Sequence record: PX441839.1
Origin: a phage
Direction: 5' to 3' (one strand)
DNA: 64,000 nt
Numbering within the stretch: the stretch's first letter is position 1; the number at the start of each line of letters is the position of its first letter. The translations under genes were made by a program, and so were the position numbers. This document shows, one piece after another, positions 28,843 through 38,123 of the stretch. The notes under the pieces were generated by a model. The model did no database searches and was not told the DNA's origin. It was given only the letters and a program-made list of their open reading frames with translations.

Positions 28843-29379
28843 TCAAGTATATATAAACTCCCCTGTAAAGTTTACATCCGTGTATATTCCACGAAACGGA
28901 GATACAATCTTCATCAACCCGCTTACAGGGTCTAAGTACACAAAATTAGTAACCGTATATCCTAAGTAACTGGAGTAAGAGTTACTGGTGTGGTTATTCC
29001 TTGAAACCGAAATATATTGATTATAAGTAACAGTTACTGTTTTCGTTATAAGGACGGTAGAATTAGTCCGCAGCAGGGCTTGGTACGTACCATACGAAGG
29101 TGAGGCATGTTGCGCTACCAGATACCACCAAGAGTCGTAAGTTACCGAAGTTCCGTATGGGCTTCCCCACATCCTCCCGTCTGTTGAGTACACTTTCCCG
29201 ACATCATACGCCATAGTTTGGGCCGGAGCAGTGACCTCGGGTATCCAAGACCCTGCCGCCTGATTGTCAGGGATACGGAGTATTCCCCTTTGTTGGTCTA
29301 GCCATTTTAGAAACACAGGATAGGTCATGGGGCCCTCGATTGGGGCGGATGCCCCTGATACCGACAGTAACTCAAGCAT
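28843..29379 (-). CDS. Array family member with fused N-module (about 179 aa)
   Basis: Starts MLELLSVSGASAPIEG; the longer ORF-track start lies inside the upstream terminator hairpin, so the internal ATG with a GGAGAG SD was chosen. Confidence 0.4.
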   Translation of the reverse strand: MLELLSVSGASAPIEGPMTYPVFLKWLDQQRGILRIPDNQAAGSWIPEVTAPAQTMAYDVGKVYSTDGRMWGSPYGTSVTYDSWWYLVAQHASPSYGTYQALLRTNSTVLITKTVTVTYNQYISVSRNNHTSNSYSSYLGYTVTNFVYLDPVSGLMKIVSPFRGIYTDVNFTGEFIYT

Positions 29380-29397
29380 AAATCTCTCCAATATTTG

Positions 29398-29422
29398 AAA
29401 GGGGCCGAAGCCCCTTTTTTCT
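29398..29422. terminator. Hairpin terminator between the polymerase gene and the paralog array
   Basis: GGGGCC-GAAG-CCCC hairpin flanked by AAA and TTTTTT. Confidence 0.55.
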
Positions 29423-29501
29423 TTGTACAGAGGGTATTTTAACACGGACGCTTTGAATTATCCACAAGGTATAAAACCACCCCATAGAACAAGCGCATAA
29501 C

Positions 29502-29801
29502 TCAGTGACATTGCCCCCAATTAAGTCCTGTCAGATACTCACCTGTGATATGTACAGGTGCCTTCATCATCTTAGCTGCTTGTTCAACGCAACGAACAAC
29601 CATTTCACCGACAGGGCAGTAGATGATAGTGAATATTCCATTCTCATCGGGGTCGCACTTAAACTTACCTTCCTTGACACAATGACCATCCAGAACCATA
29701 CGCTTCTTGAGGCAATCCTCAACAAAAGCTTTTGCTTCGACTTCATTGTCAAACTTCCATTCCTTCTTGAACTTATTTGGAACTTCAAGCTGGTATTCAT
29801 C
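29502..29801 (-). CDS. DNA polymerase (family A), exon 2
   Basis: Translation begins DEYQLEV (motif C region) and ends ...LNWGQCH, resembling the T7 gp5 C-terminus; a TAA lies in frame just upstream, so this cannot be a continuous extension. Confidence 0.55.
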   Translation of the reverse strand, partial: DEYQLEVPNKFKKEWKFDNEVEAKAFVEDCLKKRMVLDGHCVKEGKFKCDPDENGIFTIIYCPVGEMVVRCVEQAAKMMKAPVHITGEYLTGLNWGQCH

Positions 29802-30631
29802 CAAAGTTTAGCAGGTTCGTTAATCCTGCCCACACCATTACGTGTTGCCATACGGTTTCCCGTAGGATCGGACTATATCACCACCCTTTTCAGGGTGCTC
29901 CCCATTTCGACGCCACTTGGTCGCCTACGCCTCTCGGCTAGTCTCTGAACGTTAAGACCACGTATACTTCTCGGAAATATGCTTCCACTGCCGACGCTGC
30001 TTAATGGCTCGTACTGTTGCATAGGGGAATCCCATGTCGCGTACCTCTGCCTGGCTCATTCCGCTTTCAAGAAGCTGGCAAATGGTCATCACTTCGTCTT
30101 CTGTGAGGGCACTATTAGCATTGTTGATACCTTCCGCGCTGCGACAGTTGTGGCGATAGGCGTTCTCTATGTTTTTGCCTCTCGTAACCCACTGTAGGTT
30201 GTCTTTGTGGTTATTCCTTTTATCGGGCCACTTGTGATCAACCTCTGGAAGATTGTTCGGATTGGGAACAAAACATTCTGCCACCAAAACATGGACCGCC
30301 TTTGTCGTCGCCTTTTTGTTAAGGTAAAGACTGACAATTGCATACCCTCTTCCATTATCAACATGCTTCATAGGTTTACCTCGACGACCTATAATGGTCC
30401 CGTCCTCGTAAACTTTATATCCGAAATAGTCTTTGTACTCCACGTAGTCCTCTTCGCTGCTGATTAACATAGCTGCACTTTAGTTTATTATTAACCCAGT
30501 GTCAACCTTAGCCTTCCAGCAATTAAAGGAGTTTTCGATGTAGGTTGCCCTACAAAGCCACAATGTTACTTATGGTAATAGATAATACGACGAACTCCCT
30601 CGTCATACCATCCCTTCTTGACCAGTTGCCA
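29802..30631 (-). mobile_element. Group I intron in the DNA polymerase gene (boundaries approximate, about +/-6 nt)
   Basis: On the transcribed strand: P-like AATTGCTGGAAGG, R-like GTTCAGAGACTAGCC, S-like GATATAGTCC, terminal G before exon 2; contains an HNH ORF. Confidence 0.55.
29952..30470 (-). CDS. HNH homing endonuclease (intron-encoded)
   Basis: VHVLVAECFVPNPNNLPEVDHKWPDKRNNHKDNLQWVT His-Me finger signature; paralog of the ORF in the second intron. Confidence 0.65.
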   Translation of the reverse strand: MLISSEEDYVEYKDYFGYKVYEDGTIIGRRGKPMKHVDNGRGYAIVSLYLNKKATTKAVHVLVAECFVPNPNNLPEVDHKWPDKRNNHKDNLQWVTRGKNIENAYRHNCRSAEGINNANSALTEDEVMTICQLLESGMSQAEVRDMGFPYATVRAIKQRRQWKHISEKYTWS

Positions 30632-32899
30632 GTGAAGCAAGATTCCAACCAGGTCAAATAGTGCTGCACCACCATTCTGCTGAAATGCGTTCAACAGGGA
30701 GTGCTTTGAACGAGTCCAAATCTTACGCCCATCCAAACCATAGATGAATCTTTTCCCTGTCGCTTCCCAGAATTTCTCCAGCGCTTCTTTACGACCTTTT
30801 AATCCGATGTTGCTATCCCAGAATGCGTTGATTACATCCTGTGCCTTATCTACTGTGATTCCAAGCATGGATGCAATCTTGGGTGCCTGAGCGCCGTACA
30901 TGATTCCATACGTGATACTCTTTCCCTCGCCACGAGAAACCTTCTTCCCCGCTGCCTTTGTGTATGCCTCTGCGTTTCGGGTGTGGGCGTCCCCCGACTC
31001 CATGATTTCAAGGTAAGCGCCACCATCGAACTCATACGCACCCCAAGCCGCAATCATACCTTCCAGGTTAGAACCATCAATACCCACTTGGTACTTACCC
31101 TTTGGTGCTCGCCAAAGGGAACGCATCTCATAACCAAACAACACCTTCGGATCAGGCTTAGGCATGTTTGCGCAGATCGTGTGCTTACGACGCCCAGTGT
31201 TGGTAATCCCTGAGAACCTTGCTGGTAATCGACCATCAATCTTCAAGCGTGGGTGGTTAAGAAGTCCAGTATCAACCTTATCCTCTTTCAGTGGATCAAG
31301 GACAGATCGTCGGTTACGTGCAGATAACCACTGAACAATGCCTTTAGCCATCGCACCATCCACCTTTTCCAAGTTTGGGCACAATCCCTGCTGGTCTTTC
31401 AACTGAGGGCTTGTTGGCAATGCACGGGCCTTCTTACGGAAGAATTTGAACATCTTCTCCTTGTCTGCCCACTGCTTAGGGGTAATGTGCAAGTTCTTAA
31501 GGATAAGATCACGATATTCTGTCTGATCTAGTTGCTCAATATACTCCCGCACAATTGCATCAACTTCACCATCCGGACGTTGCTTTTTAAACTGGTCCTT
31601 TGTTGCATCCTTTGTACGCCAAATTGTTGGAATCCAACCCGCATCTCGGATGAGGAACTTCTTAACATCATCCTGGTTACCGATACGCATCGGAATCATT
31701 ATATCTGGCATGGTCTTATTCTTCAAGTCCGCCAAAGCCCGTGCCATATCCTCTGGAGGTAGTGGCTCCAGTGTGGATTGTTTTTCGTTCTGACTACGAA
31801 TGAACTGAGGCATTTGATCCTCATCTTCCACCCCGTGGTCATTACAGTATTTAATAGCCGCAGCCGTAAGTGAACCATCTGCCTTAAATGCTTTAGCCGG
31901 AGGCCCCTTGAAATCAAGGGCTTCCCAATTAATATTGTATCCTAACTTCTCCAGCCATTTCCAACCTGTGCCGGACAATGTCCCGTCACCCTTGAAAGGT
32001 TTGGATGGGAAAGTTGGTTGTGCGGATTTAGCCATCTCTTTCTTCGGAAGCTGAGGCTCAACCTCTTCCTCAATCTTCTTCATGAAGGCATCAACCGTAT
32101 CGCGGAGTTTCAGCGCCGCCTCTATGTCAAAATCAACACCTTGGATTTCTTGCTCAATCATCAGGTAATCGGTAAGCATACCTCGACGAAGAGAGTCTTT
32201 CCAGTTGATCATTTTATATTTTGTTGGGACACGCTCATCTTTAAACATGAAGCGTTTATCATCTGGGTACGCATCGCAGGTGATTTCCTTCATAAGGGCG
32301 TCCCACACCTTTTCGTTGATGATAACGTCCTCAATGATACGGTCACAATACTTCCACAACGGGAGTCCACGCCAATCATCAATGGCGACTTTCAGGTTGG
32401 CTACTCTCATACCCCATGCTTCCAGACCATGAGGGCCAACAGGTTTCATCTTTCCTGTGACAGGGTTTTTAACCATTTCTGGGCAACCCTTCGGCAATGG
32501 GCGGTCAGGGTAGAGTGTACGAGACATAGACAAGGAGTCAAACAGGTTAACCTGTTTTCCATTGATCGTTCCCATGCACTTAGGATCGGCAAACATATCG
32601 TATTGTGTACCGAACAGCTTCTTGAACAGACGTAAGTCATATCCAAACAAGTTGTGAATAACAATGCTACTAGGGACTTCTGTGAACCATCTATTAAGGT
32701 CAGAGAAGTTCATTACATGCAGATTGAATCCCTTCGCATTAACGAAGTTCAAAGCCTCTTGATAACCCTCTCGCGCTGGGTCCATGAAGAGATACCAGTT
32801 ATCCTTTTTGTACTCCTTGAAGAGGATGCAGTGAGCATGTAAGTTCTCCTCGTCAAGTAAACCAGATGCTTCCGCATCACCTACCCATAAACCTTTCAT
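30632..32899 (-). CDS. DNA polymerase (family A, T7 gp5-like), exon 1
   Basis: Exo I GDAEASGL; motif A IDGSNLEGMIAA; motif B RGEGKSITYGIMYGA; the ORF-track C-terminal 21 codons (30566-30631) are interpreted as intron read-through. Confidence 0.75.
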
Positions 32900-32955
32900 C
32901 TTGTTCTCCTTTTCTCATACCTTCTGGTAAGATAACCCATTCCCCATAAAAGATC

Positions 32956-32976
32956 AAGCCCAGCTTTCACTGGGCT
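32956..32976 (-). other. Hairpin upstream of the polymerase gene (terminator or attenuator)
   Basis: AGCCCAG-CTTTCA-CTGGGCT followed by a T-run on the minus strand. Confidence 0.4.
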
Positions 32977-32982
32977 TCTGTA

Positions 32983-33318
32983 TTAAGGTACAACCTGCAT
33001 ATGGTTAGAATCGCAACCATCGTACCAGTGGTCAAAGAAAATCTTCACTGTGTCATCCCAGGCGAAAACATTCGCACGTTTTAACTCCTCGTTGAACTCC
33101 TTAATAAGTTCATGTGGATTGAAGGATTCAAAAGAGAAATCATAGCTCTCTTCATCACGTTTGATAAAAAGAATCATGTTCCCATCGTAGTTCAATTTCA
33201 GGTTCGATTCAATTTCTTCCAGCCACTCTTGCAGGTCGATATGCTCAGAATTTTCATAGCCACCTACCGGAATAGCCATCTCTGCCATCACGCCGAAAGT
33301 TATACGTTGATTACTCAT
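32983..33318 (-). CDS. Hypothetical protein
   Basis: 111 aa ORF. Confidence 0.4.
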   Translation of the reverse strand: MSNQRITFGVMAEMAIPVGGYENSEHIDLQEWLEEIESNLKLNYDGNMILFIKRDEESYDFSFESFNPHELIKEFNEELKRANVFAWDDTVKIFFDHWYDGCDSNHMQVVP

Positions 33319-33578
33319 TTCTTATTTCCTCCCCAAATTTCAAAAGATGGTTCCCAGCACAAAGAGATCTTACAAGAATAGATCAGTTTGTTGTCCTCAT
33401 CGTACAGTTCACAATTAACATCACCCTCCTTCCAACTTTCCCAACCATCGTGGTAATCTCGATAATCAGCAGCGGCCTGTTGAGCAATTGATTCCAGATC
33501 CCATTCATCCTCTAAGTCAAAAATGGTCATATCTGGAGCGAAGGTGTACTCGTAACCTTGAATAACATACTTAATCAT
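33315..33578 (-). CDS. Hypothetical protein
   Basis: 87 aa ORF, overlapping stop/start. Confidence 0.4.
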   Translation of the reverse strand: MIKYVIQGYEYTFAPDMTIFDLEDEWDLESIAQQAAADYRDYHDGWESWKEGDVNCELYDEDNKLIYSCKISLCWEPSFEIWGGNKK

Positions 33579-33844
33579 TAATACTCTCCTCTCAGAAGGC
33601 CATCTTTGTCAGGGAAGGTGGCACCATCACCACCTTCAAACATTCCGTCCAGGTCTGCGATTACAAGAGCACCCTGCTCACCTGACTGAACAAACCGTAG
33701 AGATCCTGAATAAGAACCACCACCAAAAATTTGGATACCTAGGGCCTGAGCTTGTCGCCCGTAACGGGACAGACCTTTTGCAATACGCTCAACTTCTTTT
33801 GGATCTAAACCTGCTGCTTCACACTCATCAACATTCGCGTACAT
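33578..33844 (-). CDS. Hypothetical protein
   Basis: 88 aa ORF. Confidence 0.35.
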   Translation of the reverse strand: MYANVDECEAAGLDPKEVERIAKGLSRYGRQAQALGIQIFGGGSYSGSLRFVQSGEQGALVIADLDGMFEGGDGATFPDKDGLLRGEY

Positions 33845-34212
33845 TATTTCTCCAGATATTCCAAGCGAGGGTATTTTTTACCTGCGTAGGTTTCGACATT
33901 ACCACACTTGTTACAGGTATGTGGGTACTTTATCGGGCTGGACAGAAGTGCATCTCCACGAGACTCCATTTCCCCACCGCATTCGCAATACATGTGGATA
34001 AAGTAAGGTTTTGCCTCTACTCGCCGTTCACCCTTTGTCGGCTTAGGATCTGTGGCCCTCATGTTCCATTGTTCTTGGAGATAATCAAATCCGTGTTCTG
34101 TTCTTTTCTGACAGCCGCAGTTCCCACATTCGGCAACGTACCGATCAGAGTACCTTTTCTCCTCATATGTGTATGCTTCACTCCCGCAGAACGGACAAGG
34201 TTTAAAGTTCAT
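33844..34212 (-). CDS. Double zinc-ribbon protein, Lar-like (possible restriction alleviation)
   Basis: N-terminal PCPFCGSEAY...CGNCGC and a second CECGG...CNKCG pair; the CPFCG start is reminiscent of Lar-family proteins. Confidence 0.35.
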   Translation of the reverse strand: MNFKPCPFCGSEAYTYEEKRYSDRYVAECGNCGCQKRTEHGFDYLQEQWNMRATDPKPTKGERRVEAKPYFIHMYCECGGEMESRGDALLSSPIKYPHTCNKCGNVETYAGKKYPRLEYLEK

Positions 34213-34654
34213 TATCGACCTCCAGACTTAACTCAACCATAGCTTTCTGCCCTGTTGCGCCATAATAAAAAACTTGGAAACTGTCGAAAGTGTAATAAAT
34301 ATCCCACATATCAGGATCTGTAGGCCAGCACTCGATCAATTTACCGCTGTCCCATTCATCCCCTACCCACTCATCATAACCCTCAACATTTTTGTAGTGC
34401 TTGCTCCCACTTTTCCCATTCGGGTATTCTGCCAAGCAACGTAAGAGGAAATTAACAAAACGTTTAAGGTCCTTTTCCCCTTCAAATACAAACACTTCAT
34501 TTTTGTAACCGTCTGCATCACCAATCATCCAGCGAGCTTCAACCGTGTAGACATTGAAGTGTTCCAGAGGGACAAGTCCGGTAATGTTAAGATCTTTGAC
34601 CTTGTAGGTTTTTGTGTCTCGAAACTCTTGAGTTACAAACGTTTTCTTTATCAT
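34202..34654 (-). CDS. Hypothetical protein
   Basis: 150 aa ORF. Confidence 0.4.
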   Translation of the reverse strand: MIKKTFVTQEFRDTKTYKVKDLNITGLVPLEHFNVYTVEARWMIGDADGYKNEVFVFEGEKDLKRFVNFLLRCLAEYPNGKSGSKHYKNVEGYDEWVGDEWDSGKLIECWPTDPDMWDIYYTFDSFQVFYYGATGQKAMVELSLEVDNEL

Positions 34655-34663
34655 AGTGTTTCC

Positions 34664-35377
34664 TTATTGGTTGTGTAGGAAAACTGCCTTTGCCAAACCC
34701 CTTGGGGTAAGGGAGCGTATCAGTTTTGTACGTGCCGATTTACCACCTAACTTATTATGCTGCTCAGAATATCCCTGTGCGACACCGACAGGCGACTTCA
34801 CTGGCATCTTGAACCCTTTCCCCGTCCAAAGGCATGTCTTCTTAGGATAAGCGTCACGAGCCTTAATGTACTCAGGGAAAAATGGATTCACATCATCCTC
34901 CGGTAAGTAACCACCATACTCATATGGGTGGAACTGGTAGTCAGATTTTCTCCATTTTGTTGCCAAAACACTTACAGGGTTTTCTATCATGTAAGGGCAG
35001 TCGAAAACAAACTCTGCCAAGTATGCCGGAATTTTTGCAGTACGTACAGCATTTATTTGGAAAAATGGATCTTTTGCTGCTTTTCTTTTAAAGTGGGCTG
35101 CACCGCTCACCGCCATATCTGTGCAGGGAGGGAAGGCAAAGATAATATCTGGGTTTGGGATTCCCAAACTTTCAACATTCTCTGCCCACTCCATGTCAAT
35201 CCACGCATCCACATACGTCACGTTCGGGTGATTAACTCTTACATTATCATACAATCCGTGGTCAGCCTCCTTAGCGTTGAAGCAGAAGCACAGGTGACCA
35301 GCTTTTGCCCAATCAAAGACCATTGCCCCAGATCCATCAAACAAAGACCAAACAACCTTTTTAGACATGCTTTTCAA
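34664..35377 (-). CDS. DNA (cytosine-5)-methyltransferase, small
   Basis: Motif I LFDGSGAM (FxGxG), motif IV FPPC (catalytic PC), motif VI ENP in canonical order. Confidence 0.55.
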   Translation of the reverse strand: MKSMSKKVVWSLFDGSGAMVFDWAKAGHLCFCFNAKEADHGLYDNVRVNHPNVTYVDAWIDMEWAENVESLGIPNPDIIFAFPPCTDMAVSGAAHFKRKAAKDPFFQINAVRTAKIPAYLAEFVFDCPYMIENPVSVLATKWRKSDYQFHPYEYGGYLPEDDVNPFFPEYIKARDAYPKKTCLWTGKGFKMPVKSPVGVAQGYSEQHNKLGGKSARTKLIRSLTPRGLAKAVFLHNQ

Positions 35378-35738
35378 ACCCCAAGGTGGTTACCAATTGC
35401 TCGTAATCCCAAGTATCCAGGTATGCTTTCTCTCCATGTTTGGCAAAACCTCGCCACTTATTGGTTCGATACAGGAACCAAAGTTGTTTCGCAACATTCT
35501 TATCATCAACATACCCCAGCAGAAATGCCCAACGGTGGGTTGGAATGAGGCCAACAGCAATACGATTAAGTTCGTCCCATTGGTTTGTTTTCACATTAAA
35601 AACCCAAAGTCGTTTCCTGATCACCTCTTTACTTTTCAGGAGGTCACGTAAATGTTCTGCACGTTTAATCATTGTGTCGTGTACATTCGCGGCACGGATC
35701 AGTGTGTTTTTGTTAACTTCGATCAAGGTGTTACTCAT
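35361..35738 (-). CDS. Hypothetical protein
   Basis: ORF with internal start chosen to limit overlap. Confidence 0.35.
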   Translation of the reverse strand: MSNTLIEVNKNTLIRAANVHDTMIKRAEHLRDLLKSKEVIRKRLWVFNVKTNQWDELNRIAVGLIPTHRWAFLLGYVDDKNVAKQLWFLYRTNKWRGFAKHGEKAYLDTWDYEQLVTTLGFEKHV

Positions 35739-35979
35739 GTTCTTCCTCCTCCGCAATCTCACCAATGGCAACAAACTGATCATGGTCAAGAGATACCCAT
35801 GCACCAAGGATTCCGTTGTGTACCCAGAAGGTGAACATGTCACCGCTTTCGTCTACGGCGCAGTAATTTACACCATCTTCGTCCTCGTATTCATTAATTA
35901 CTTCAAGGAAGGACCCTACCCGTAAGACATTACTTAACGTTACCTTTATTTTCACCTTTGCCTCCAAAATCATGTTCAA
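35731..35979 (-). CDS. Hypothetical acidic protein
   Basis: 82 aa ORF. Confidence 0.35.
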   Translation of the reverse strand: MNMILEAKVKIKVTLSNVLRVGSFLEVINEYEDEDGVNYCAVDESGDMFTFWVHNGILGAWVSLDHDQFVAIGEIAEEEEHE

Positions 35980-35988
35980 GTTTAATGA

Positions 35989-36246
35989 TTATACTATCTT
36001 GTCACCAATGATGCAAGGAACATACACAGACCCGCCATTACTGTTGGTAATCTTTACTTTTGGGGATGAGGTCATCAAAATATCCTCCTCATCCACCCCA
36101 AACCAGTCTTCACCATATTCCAGTAAGGCATTCAGTGTGCGAATTACGTAGATAGCTTCCTCTGTACCACAATCGTAGAGATCCTCTTCACTCTCTTGTC
36201 GTTCAATGGCAGTACGTTTGTCCAGTTTCACAAAATAACGGCTCAT
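35989..36246 (-). CDS. Hypothetical protein
   Basis: 85 aa ORF. Confidence 0.35.
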   Translation of the reverse strand: MSRYFVKLDKRTAIERQESEEDLYDCGTEEAIYVIRTLNALLEYGEDWFGVDEEDILMTSSPKVKITNSNGGSVYVPCIIGDKIV

Positions 36247-36449
36247 TTCTTTTTCCTCTTTGATTCAACTTTTGGTTCCACTAGTCGGGCTTGGTAAGAA
36301 TGAGGTGTGACGTACCGCCATGTTTTCTTTAAGTGTTCAACAAGTTCTTTCAGGTTTTCTTCGTCGGTGGCCCAACCCAAGGTTAGGGCAGGATCACCTA
36401 CCGACATCTGGCACTTGACATACCAACGGGTAACTGTAGGATGTTTCAT
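36243..36449 (-). CDS. Hypothetical protein
   Basis: 68 aa ORF. Confidence 0.35.
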   Translation of the reverse strand: MKHPTVTRWYVKCQMSVGDPALTLGWATDEENLKELVEHLKKTWRYVTPHSYQARLVEPKVESKRKKK

Positions 36450-36700
36450 TTCATTACCTCCAGAAAGGATTTAAACTCTTCAACATTCCGTTTGTGTACA
36501 ATTTGGGGCCAGTTTTTAAGAATATCTCGAAACTTTACATAGCGTTCTCGGAATCCAACCACCCCTCCAATACATAACAGGGTTACCCCTTCAACACCGA
36601 CAAAAGTTACAACTTCCACAATCTTGGAGTTATCATACCCACGATTAACAACGAGATCCCCGATCTCAAAGTCAACATTTTCATTTGATGAATAGTTCAT
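36446..36700 (-). CDS. Hypothetical protein
   Basis: 84 aa ORF. Confidence 0.35.
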   Translation of the reverse strand: MNYSSNENVDFEIGDLVVNRGYDNSKIVEVVTFVGVEGVTLLCIGGVVGFRERYVKFRDILKNWPQIVHKRNVEEFKSFLEVMK

Positions 36701-36761
36701 TTTGTCCTCTCCTTATTTGATAGGGTAAGTATAAGTGAGATTTTGCCCCATGTCAAATGAA

Positions 36762-36780
36762 AAAAGGCCCCCGAAGGGAC
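36762..36780. terminator. Hairpin terminator after the primase-helicase gene
   Basis: Imperfect GGCCCC-CGAA-GGGACC hairpin flanked by A-run and T-run, immediately 3' of the stop at 36788. Confidence 0.45.
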
Positions 36781-36787
36781 CTTTTAT

Positions 36788-37258
36788 TTAGAAAGGTGGT
36801 TGGTCATCCCAATCACTGTCGTCTTCCACAACCTCAGGTGTGACTTTAGATTCTTCCGGTTTGGAATCCTCTTTAATCTCCATCTGCTGTGGTTCAATGT
36901 CATCTTCATCATCAGGGATATCGTCTTCCTTGAGATCAGATAGACCTTTCTCCGAGTTCTCTTGTGATAATGGCTGCATTTTACCAACAGCCTTCTCAAC
37001 ATAATGTTCAGAACTTGGATCATCTTCTGGATGAATCGCATACCACTCTCGAAGAGTTTCATATGGACTGTCCAAGAAGCCTTCTGGCGGTTCTAAGTAA
37101 TCACCTGTGTCAATATCATAGAACACAGGGAACTTCCCGCTACGCCCGTGCTTACGGTCATCTAGAATTACAAACCAAGAGGTATTTCGCTCTTTCATTG
37201 GCAACTCTGGATCTTTGTTACGCTCAATACCCACCATAAAATAAGTGTTCTTTTTGTC
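36788..37258 (-). CDS. Primase-helicase (T7 gp4-like), exon 2
   Basis: Begins DKKNTYFMVGIERNK...DDRKHGRSG...YDIDTGDYLEP (helicase C-terminal motifs) and ends in an acidic tail DDSDWDDQPPF with terminal Phe, as in T7 gp4. Confidence 0.55.
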   Translation of the reverse strand, partial: DKKNTYFMVGIERNKDPELPMKERNTSWFVILDDRKHGRSGKFPVFYDIDTGDYLEPPEGFLDSPYETLREWYAIHPEDDPSSEHYVEKAVGKMQPLSQENSEKGLSDLKEDDIPDDEDDIEPQQMEIKEDSKPEESKVTPEVVEDDSDWDDQPPF

Positions 37259-38123
37259 CAGTGGGTTCGCTACTCCCACCCGGTGCGATTCCTGGCACCC
37301 GCCTACACTTTCGTGCAGGAACAGACTATATCATCACCTTTCGGTGCTCTCCGCTTCGGGACCGCTTGGCCCTAACGCCTTTCGGCTAGTCGTTGAGGTT
37401 TTTGCACGTTCTGGGTACATCTTCCAAGAATACAAGTCCCCGACCTCTTTCCAATCCCTTCGGGAGCGGATATTGAGGACTGCTGACCTTGTTACAGGTA
37501 ATCCACTATTATCGACAATCTTCTGCGCTGACCAACCCTCAGAAAGAAGCCTACAAATTTTGTGAACCTCTGCCTCTGTGACTTTGGACCTGTAATGATC
37601 CTCTCCCCTCTTTGGAAGCTTATTGGCAATAGAGTGCTCAAGATTTTGCCTACCAGTGACCCATTCCAGGTCATCTTTGTGGTTAAATTCCTTGCCTCTT
37701 TTATGATTAACTTCGGGTAAGTTCAGCGGGTTTGGAATATAAGTCTTAGCTACCAACCTGTGAACATACTCGGGCGTTCTCTTACCTTTAAGTATCACAT
37801 TGACAAAATAATACCCTGTACTCTTGTTTCGAATGTTCTTCAAAAATTTATTTGTGAACAAACTAAATACCTTGCCATCTTCTGTTACAAGATATTTACT
37901 ACCCTCTTCTATTGGTATCATGTTTCCCCCTTCTTTATTCTAACAAAAGGGTATAATACACAAAAGAATTTGAATATGCAACTTACCTGCTGATTACCCA
38001 ATCCTCTGTCTTTTCAAACATTCACGCCCACCCTTACGGGTCACGTTGTAGTGCCAGAGGCTCTAAGGGCTTCCCAGCAATTCAAAGAGTTTTACATGCG
38101 CTAAATCAACGCATCATCGCACG
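37259..38123 (-). mobile_element. Group I intron in the primase-helicase gene (boundaries approximate)
   Basis: P-like AATTGCTGGGAAG, R-like CAACGACTAGCC, S-like GATGATATAGTCTG on the transcribed strand; core clearly related to the polymerase intron; contains an HNH ORF. Confidence 0.5.
37334..37921 (-). CDS. HNH homing endonuclease (intron-encoded)
   Basis: YVHRLVAKTYIPNPLNLPEVNHKRGKEFNHKDDLEWVT; paralog of the ORF at 29952-30470. Confidence 0.65.
   Translation of the reverse strand: MIPIEEGSKYLVTEDGKVFSLFTNKFLKNIRNKSTGYYFVNVILKGKRTPEYVHRLVAKTYIPNPLNLPEVNHKRGKEFNHKDDLEWVTGRQNLEHSIANKLPKRGEDHYRSKVTEAEVHKICRLLSEGWSAQKIVDNSGLPVTRSAVLNIRSRRDWKEVGDLYSWKMYPERAKTSTTSRKALGPSGPEAESTER

Noticed and set aside
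28843-29445. Longer ORF-track start of the first array gene
   Set aside because: Its first 22 codons translate the terminator hairpin at 29398-29422; the internal ATG carrying the shared N-module and an SD is the likely start.
29505-29948. 147 aa plus-strand ORF
   Set aside because: Antisense to polymerase exon 2 and the intron 3' core.
30566-30631. Last 21 codons of the ORF-track polymerase gene (and 38106-38123 for the helicase)
   Set aside because: Interpreted as translation running into the intron; the conserved C-terminal motifs are found in the downstream exon instead.
37261-37285. tRNA-like T-arm sequence GTGGGTTCGCTACTCCCAC
   Set aside because: Loop too long and no acceptor, D or anticodon arms around it; it lies in the intron 3' region and is more likely an intron stem.
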